A stretch of 64,000 nucleotides of DNA. Origin: Octopus vulgaris. Its lineage: Eukaryota. A program made the translations under genes and the position numbers. Shown one piece after another: positions 55,606 to 64,000 of this stretch. The notes under the pieces are model-generated. The model saw only the letters and a program-made list of their open reading frames with translations. It was not told the DNA's origin and made no database searches. Numbering within the stretch: the stretch's first letter is position 1; every line of letters starts with the position of its first letter. The stretch spans positions 76,508,001 through 76,572,000 of the forward strand of contig OX597817.1 in NCBI GenBank assembly GCA_951406725.2, read 5' to 3'.

Positions 55606-55832
55606 TATTACATATTGTTTCAGTTACGGGCTAAAAGTAGGAAAATGAGTTCATTGTTATTAGTAAAATCAGATACTAGAGTAGACAAACCTTCGAAAAT
55701 CATGGGGCTCATGGGAAAATTTATTTAAATTGTAGGGGTGATTGGTAATGATAGGATGAATGTAACAACATTCATCCTATCAGGCCAACCCTGATTAAAT
55801 AGGTTTCATAACCAGTCGTGACCATTCTGCCT

Positions 55833-55930
55833 CTTTGGTATATTTAGAACTACATTCCATATGGATGGTATATCTAGAGCTACATTCCATATGTTTGGTA
55901 TATTTAGAACACATTCCATGGTTGATGGTA
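55833..55930. repeat. ~30-bp tandem repeat x3 (TGGTATATTTAGAACTACATTCCATATG)
   Basis: Directly visible. Confidence 0.8.
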
Positions 55931-56807
55931 TCGACTAACCCATTCCTTAAAATTAATGGGCGTGTGTTTAAATCAGGAACTATTATTAAAGGTAGCGAGC
56001 ATTGAAAAAATGCTTTGTAATCTTTGTTCCCAGCTCCTTACGTTTTGAGTTCACATACCGCTAACAGTAAGTTTGTTTTTCGTCCCACCGGGGTCGATAA
56101 AACAAAGTACCAGTCTAGCACTGGAGTCGATGATATCTACTAATCAACCCACGTGCCTTAAACAGAAACCAATGCATGTGACATAGAAAGACGGTACGAA
56201 ACTGGGTTACGCATTCAAGCTACAAAATGGCGCATTTAACTGAAGTTACTATAACGTTATATGTCGCTTATAAGAGTGGTTACATGGTACATAAGCAGGA
56301 AATAATTTCTTTTACTTTTTCATTTTTTTTCTAAGGCATAGATATAATGCCAGGAGGAAATTAATATTGCAGTGTTGTTAGATTCATATACAGATATCTT
56401 GTATATGAATCACATTTGACCCCGTTAGGTATTATAACTAAAGAAATTCCAATGAAGCAGCATATATATGGCAATGGACGTTGTTACGTTAGAGCATAGT
56501 GGAGCGGATATTGGTTAGGCAGTGAACAATAAATAAATAAATAAATAAATAAAAATTGAAAAAAAGCTAGAAAAAGGTGGGGAATGCAGCTAGTTAGTTG
56601 ATGTAATGTGTGTATGCGTGCATATAAGTATGAGTGTATTTGTATGTGTATATGTATGTATTTATATCTGTTTCTCTGTATATATACATACATAATACAT
56701 ACATATACATACATACATACATATATATATGTATATAAAATCATATACATATAAACATGTATGTATGTACTTATCTATCTATCAATCTATCTATATACAT
56801 ATAAATA

Positions 56808-56915
<108 letters not shown>

Positions 56916-57498
56916 TATATACATACATATATACGCATACATCATACATTAGGTATACGAGTTAGCGCGTGTGTATGCGTATGTGTATGCATGTATGTAT
57001 GTATGTATATATATATATATGTGTGTGTGTACATATATATGAAGGTAAGGCTAAATTTAAGGAACTCCAGACAGTAAATGGCGCGGAAACAAGAGAGAGA
57101 GAAAGAGAGTGAGACTGAGTGAGAGAGAAAGAGAGAGTGAATGAAAGAAAGAGAGAGAAAGAGGAAAATAGGTAGAGAGGGTGAGATAAGGAAATACGGA
57201 GAGTAACGATCAGCTGAGGATAGGATAATATAGAGAGGGAGCAGAACAGGTAGAGAAAGAATGACATTGAAAGAACGAGGAATATCATGAAAGTAATGCA
57301 GAAAGGGGAGAGAGAGAAAGAGAAGGAGAGGGAAAGATTATGAGTGAAAGAGTGAAAGAGAGTAAGAGAGAGGCAGAGCGAAAAATAGATTTTGAGGCAG
57401 TGAGAATTTTGAGATAGTGGGAGAAGAAAGAAGGGAAGTAGGAAGTTGACAACATCGAGCGATCGAGGAATCAGGTTAGACAGAGATTCAGTTACAGT

Positions 57499-57562
<64 letters not shown>

Positions 57563-57786
57563 ATGGAGGGAGAGAGGATGAAGAGAGAGAGAGAGAGCTG
57601 GTGAGAGCAGAGGAGAAGATGGGAAGACAGTAATGAAGGGGAGAAGAAAGTGAAAGTACGTATAAGAGCATGTTAGTGTTTGTGTGCGCATGCGTTTGAG
57701 ACTGAGTATCGCACTATTCATTGGAGTTTTGACTGGCTGTCATAAGCAAATATTACTAATTATTTCGTGCATTTCGGTCGTGATAT

Positions 57787-57850
<64 letters not shown>

Positions 57851-59018
57851 CATACATAGAATACAATGAATAACTCAAATACTCATATACACGCTCATGC
57901 ATGAACACACACGGAGAATTCACATTCACACACACAACCGTTATACACTTACATCACATGATTAATATATTGTATTCTTCATTCTACCGTTATTGTGTAC
58001 AGTCATTTTCAAAACTCATCAAATAAGCGGTCTGTGTCTCTTATTTAACGTGAGAAACACAGATTGCTTTCCAGGACTAAAATGGCTTCCATCGCCAACA
58101 ATATCAAAGTGTATTTATACATGAAGATGTTTACTTTGCATTTATTCAAAATTCCCCTATTCTTTTCGTGAACTCGTTTACTTTAACAGAAATTTAGAAA
58201 GTGTTATTCAAGCAGATTTAGCGAAATAATTCATAATAAATGTTTTATACGTAACAGTAACATATAAATCAAAAACGGTTACACTCATTTTACGGCTGTA
58301 AACTTATAAAATTCGTTTGGCCATCATACAATTTCGAATTTGATCCCAATGCGCGCTAGTTTTGGTAAGAGTCTTTTGCTATGATTGACCAACACATTGG
58401 TTGACTTACACATTGTAAATAGGATTTGGAAGCAGAGGCTGTGAGGAATTTCGTCTCACACACACACACACACAGACACACACAAACACACACAGACACA
58501 CACTAACAGGCACGCACACACAAATACGCACACACACACACTAATACGCACGCACACAGACTTATGCACATACACACACACACATTGACACACACAAATA
58601 CGCAGCGCATGCACTCCTCACCACCACATCATGTTTTTATGTTAGAGGGAAATCACAATATAGCATTCACATGAAAATGAAAGAAAGAAAAAGAACCTTG
58701 CAAAAGTAGTCAAAACGTTTATTAATTTCACTGTCACTTCGAAGTTACGCTGATAACAACTCGTCCGACACTAAACAAACTGGATGTAAAATACATATAT
58801 AAGGATGACTAAAGGGGAAAAGATAAGGTATATTCAATATGATTAAGGCCAAGAGGTAACTGAAACGTTTTTCGAGCAACTCACATATTTAAAAAAGGTA
58901 ATTTACTCCATTATCTCCAGTGGGTTTAGTCTCGCTGTGTAGCATCTTGGGCAAGTTTCTTTTGCTAACCAAAACCATGGGAATGGATTTGGTTAACGGC
59001 ACATGAAAGAAGCCCGTC

Positions 59019-59078
<60 letters not shown>

Positions 59079-59080
59079 AT

Positions 59081-60736
59081 AGAAATGGTAAGACAACAAA
59101 AGAATGAAAGAGACCTCGATATTATGTAAATAGAGGAATTTATCTGTAAATATAAGGTAGGTTGCTGCGACCCCACCCCCATAGTGTTTAAGAATTTAGT
59201 TAAGAATATTAGCAGGAGAATTTCTAGCCTCTCCTCCGATATAAACATATTTAATAATGTTGCCCCATTATATAACAAAGCTCTTAAAGATAGTGGATTT
59301 AAAGAGGAAATAGCGTACACATATGTTATTAGGTTAGAAATACAGAGAAGAAAATATAGACACAGGAAACTTATCTGGTTCACACCACCTTACTCCTCCG
59401 AAGTGACCTTTAATATAGGTAAATATTTCTTGTCACTTATAGATAGGCACTTTCCCATAAATCATAAATATAGGAAACTCTTCAATAGGCATAACCTAAA
59501 AATTAGTTTCAGTTCAACCACAAATTTTAAAAATATAATTGCACACCACACAAAATCACAACACGAAGCCGGCTGTTCCAGACTTGTGCCTGTTAAATGG
59601 CGCCTGTATGACCGAAGACATTATTTATAAAACCACCGTAGATTATATGACTGCTGAGAACCCAGTTTTGTCAAAGAGATATGTGGGTCTCACAGAGGGA
59701 AATTTTAAAGCTAGGTTCAATAATCACACCTTAAGTTTCAGACACAGGGATATACGGAAAAACAACCAAATTATCCAGTCATATATGGTTCTTAAACAAC
59801 AAGGCGTCAGCTATAAGATTTACAGGAATATCTTGGTCAAGTGTAAATCTTATACCAACGGTAAGTGCTGTCTTTGTGATATGGAAAATTTCCTTAGACC
59901 CCACTACATGTCTAAATTCGAGAACTGAACATTTTGCTTTATGTCCAGATATGACAAAATATTTGTTAACGTTTTGTGCCCCCAAGATCACGGATAAAAC
60001 CTGCTTTTTTAGTTTGATCTCGTACAAGCTTTCCATGTCTTAACATTTTTTAATTGTTTTATATATATTTTAAAATATTCTTTCCTTTTTTAATTGTGTG
60101 AATCTATACGTGTATGAGTATATATACATGTATGCATATGTTAAATGTGTATGTGTGTGCGTTTGTATATATGTCTATGCGTGCATGTATGTATATCTGC
60201 GGTTGTGTGTTGTTAGGAAGATGTATATGTATGTGTTTGTGTACATGTCTGAGTATATTCTATATGGATAAACGTCTAATATATTTGTAAGCATACATCT
60301 ATGTGTATATGAAGATGAAGTTGTGTACATGCATATACGTATGTCTGCATATTTATACATGTATGTGAATGTATATATATTTGTATATGCGTGTGTGCGT
60401 GTGGAGATGTGCATATGAGCACGTAAATGAACGCATGTTTTGTGGGTATATGGGTATATCTATCTATCTATATACATGTTTATGCGAGCGTGTATGTATG
60501 TAGACTTTACGAACGCAGGTTTTATCTGTTTTGTGAGAATATGGTTGCATGTATGTTTTATAATTTTTAGTTTTCATTTTTATCTTTCATAATTTTTGCT
60601 ATTTGAGTAAGTTTCCTTTTATTCAACAGTCTTTTTCATAGCGTCTGCTGTCAAAATAGCCGACGAAAATGCATCATAGCTCTTAGCTCCGGCATTTGAA
60701 ACTCTGAGTCCTATTATGACAACTTGCTGATTGTCC
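59081..60736 (+). mobile_element. 5'-truncated Penelope-like retroelement (RT thumb/linker, GIY-YIG, 3' region with hammerhead)
   Basis: ISRRISSLSS..YNKALKDSGF..LIWFTPPYS..FNRHNLKISFS / CLLNGACMTEDIIYK...YVGLTEGNFKARFNNH..SF / CCLCDME; frameshifted. Confidence 0.9.
60650..60720 (+). ncRNA. Type I hammerhead-like ribozyme (variant core CCGACGA)
   Basis: Stem I GTCAAAATAG/CTATTATGAC (9 of 10 bp), core CCGACGA at 60660-60666, stem II AAATGC/GCATTT, GAAA at 60698-60701, near-palindromic stem III ACTC-T-GAGT, GTC triplet ending at 60710. Confidence 0.75.
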
Positions 60737-60807
60737 TAAACTATACATATACATAAATATACATGCATACATACATACATACATACATACATACATACAT
60801 ACATACA

Positions 60808-60843
<36 letters not shown>

Positions 60844-61567
60844 TATATGTATATGTGTATATATATATACTATGCGTAAAGTTTGGCTGGATGTTTCTGT
60901 ATTTATATACTTTATTTTCTCCGCGTATAAATTCACGTTTCTAAAAGATCCATGATGACAATGCAACTTGTGATGTCATCACCCGAATATTGAATAAGAC
61001 AATCGTATAACATGAATGTATGTATGCATTATGTATTTATATGTATGTATTTGTGTATGGATGCATGCATGCATGTATGTATGTATGTATGTATGTATGT
61101 ATGTATGTATGTATGTATGTATGTATGCATGTATGTATGTATGTATGTATGCATGCATACATGTATGTATGTATGTATGTATGTATGTATGTATGTATGT
61201 ATACACGCATATATTCATACCTGAGCCCGTGGTTTATTTTCCGTTCCTCAGGCATCCAACGGAAATGATAACCATTGAGGAGTGACTCACATGTACTCGG
61301 CTTTGAATAATTGTTATTCCACTCTAAGAGTACTGAATACATACCAGCACGAACCCATAATCACATGTTCACACATACACACAAACAAGCAGTTATGAAT
61401 ACGTGCATGTGTATAAATATATATATACATACTAACACACACACATATGTATATGCATATATATACGTGTATGTACGTGTACACACACCTATGGATACAT
61501 ACATACATACATACATACATACATACATACATACATACATACATACATACATACATACATACATACG

Positions 61568-61599
<32 letters not shown>

Positions 61600-61635
61600 T
61601 ATATGTGTGTGTGTGTATGTGTGTGTGTTGTATGC

Positions 61636-61870
61636 ACATTGTGTTCAAAAAGTCTCTCCGCAGTGAATTTTTTTCATCCTGCGCATCACCATAGCACTAC
61701 TTCAAGAGTTTTTCGGTGAACGGATCATTTCAAAAGGACTTAGGCTTCCAAGATTATCTGATTTAACACCGCCACACTTTTTTTGTCTGGGGAGCAAGTA
61801 ATGAATCAGCGTTCAAGAACCGCGGGGAAACCAGTAAATATTTACCGCGGAGAGACTTATGAAACACCAT
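61636..61870 (+). mobile_element. Tc1/mariner-derived MITE
   Basis: TIRs GTGTTCAAAAAGTCTCTCCGCAG / CCGCGGAGAGACTTATGAAACAC. Internal remnant LPRLSDLTPPHFF resembles WPPRSPDLTPxDFF. Confidence 0.75.
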
Positions 61871-62057
61871 ATATTTATATGGATATATTGTATTTATGGA
61901 TAAATATACAAACATAGTCATGTGTATATATATATAATCATCGATATCTATCTATCTGTATATCTATCTATCTGTCTATCTCTCTATCTGTCTGTCTGTG
62001 TATGTGTGTGTGTCTGTCTGTCTGTCTATCTATTTATTTATCTATCTATCTATCTAT

Positions 62058-62975
62058 CTATTTTCGGGCCAGGGCCCATGGACAACTTCCAGAGATCCCT
62101 GGCCTTGCAGTGCTACCGAGAAGCGCTACCCGTTCGGGATAAGCTCTACAGACACGGCTCGAGAAACACGGGGCCGACCTGCCCGAGATGCGGTCAGAGC
62201 GACGAAACCGTTCTGCACGCACTCGTTCAGTGTCCAACAATTTCCGACCTGTGGGCTTATGTCGAACAACTGCTGTCACGTGTGGGACGAGTCGGTTTAT
62301 CAGCTGAGTCTATCGTCAATATTGTCACGCCCCTTCCTTCAAACGGGAAGGAAGAGCTATTTTCATCATCCTTGTGGCTATGGCGAAAGAATGTATCTGG
62401 TGGACGCGTCTGAAAGGATTGGAGACAAACACTTTCCTCTCTGGTCAATCTCTCATCAACTTCTTCAAGTACCACTTGAAAAGGAAAGTGAGAGTAGAGA
62501 GGCAAGTTTTGTCTAGCGAATGTTTTAAAAAAAGATGGGTGAATGTAGCAAGAATGGCACGTATGAATGACGAAGCCACCTTGAGCATAGTCCTATGAAC
62601 CCAGAAATCGAAAACAGAGAGTTGCTTATTTGCAAAAAAAAAAAAAAAAAAAAGAAATATAAAATGTGACTTCATTGACCGAGGTTACCGTGGTCTTTTC
62701 CGTAGGCTTTTCTTTCCACGGGTAAACCTCACCTGTCCTCCCCTTTACACTTCATATTGACATTTCTGTGATAACGATCCCTATTGATCAATTTTTTTTC
62801 CTCCCCCCTTTTTTTTTAACCCCCTTTTTTTGTCCTCTTTCTCTCCTTTTACGATCCCTTTTGATCGAAACTCCCCCTTCCTTTTTTTTTTTTTTTTTTT
62901 AACCTTCAAAAGAAAAGCTCTACCTTGTAATTTGTTCTATCTGTGTGCAGCCCTGTGTGGCTAATAAAGAAACAT
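62058..62975 (+). mobile_element. Tx1/L1-clade LINE 3' end (CCHC zinc knuckle), inserted in (TATC)n
   Basis: LPVRDKLYRHG...CPRCGQSDETVLHALVQC...LW / frameshift / AKECIWWTR...FKKRW*, followed by a 3' UTR with AATAAA. (TATC)n lies on both sides. Confidence 0.88.
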
Positions 62976-63006
62976 ATCTACTTATCTATCTATCTAACTA
63001 TGTCTG

Positions 63007-63080
<74 letters not shown>

Positions 63081-63089
63081 CATCCGTCC

Positions 63090-63168
<79 letters not shown>

Positions 63169-63441
63169 AATGAATAATAGCAAATGTGTATGAAAATATA
63201 AGTGGGACGTGATGCAGACAGGAAAATGAAATCGAGAAACGAGATATGATAAACTGTCACGTGACAGAAAGGCATTTGGTAAATGTGGTCAGGAGTAGAT
63301 GATCAAATAACAGGCCAAACTGCTCGATGTTCCGGCGGAAGTGGATCGAACTGTTTACTAAATCGGCAGGTGTTACGGGAGAAATGCATGTATAGCGAAA
63401 AAACGTAGCAGGAATAGGAGGAGAGCGAGAGAGAGCGAGCG

Positions 63442-63484
<43 letters not shown>

Positions 63485-63663
63485 GGGAGAGAGAGAGAGA
63501 GAAGTGAAGAAGTAAGAGACAGATTGTGAAAGGAGTACAGAAAGTTGTTGAAGACAGATGGAGAGCTAAGGGATCTATAAAGTGATTAATAGACATTCGC
63601 ACACATACATAATGTATGTATGTACATCTGTATGTATGTATACATATATGTAGATAGATATAA

Positions 63664-63726
<63 letters not shown>

Positions 63727-63794
63727 AATAAAATAGAACATATGCATATATATAAACATATATGTACGTACCTACCTCTACATGTACATATACA

Positions 63795-63846
<52 letters not shown>

Positions 63847-64000
63847 CACATATATACATATACATACATATTTATACACAGACAACACACACACACACAT
63901 ACAGAATGACACACACAGATATATAGATAGATAGATAAATTGATAATTATATATATACACATACATACAGACATATATACATACATAGGTATAGAGAATG

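Noticed and set aside
56381-56411. Perfect 12-bp inverted repeat (also a small hairpin at about 58027-58067)
   Set aside because: Too short for a pre-miRNA, AT-rich, and without supporting context.

Overview
This is eukaryotic, repeat-saturated, almost entirely non-coding DNA, with no prokaryotic operon, CRISPR array or complete gene. The SINE families and the (TA)n/(CA)n/(TACA)n/(TATC)n and triplet-repeat load suggest a coleoid cephalopod, probably Octopus (inference from pattern recognition). Nearly all ORFs in the supplied track are microsatellite translations. Supportable content: (1) many tRNA-derived SINE copies from at least 4-5 families, several with exact TSDs. (2) Truncated retroelements: an R4/Dong-like REL element in (TAA)n, a Tx1/L1-like 3' end in (TATC)n, and several Penelope-like (RT/GIY-YIG) fragments. 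(3) Decayed DNA transposons: maT-like, mariner, Tc1, Tigger/pogo, hAT-like MITE and Helitrons, including RepHel helicase remnants. (4) Several hammerhead-ribozyme folds in Penelope-type termini and one in a SINE-like element; the two best-formed share a non-canonical CCGACGA core. (5) About eight fold-back/inverted-repeat structures. (6) Candidate host exons on the minus strand, the best being a terminal exon at 13009-13220 with a GPI-signal-like C-terminus, an AU-rich UTR and AATAAA signals. I found no evidence of a wholly new multi-gene system. The most promising novelties are the ribozyme variants and the microsatellite-targeting retroelements.
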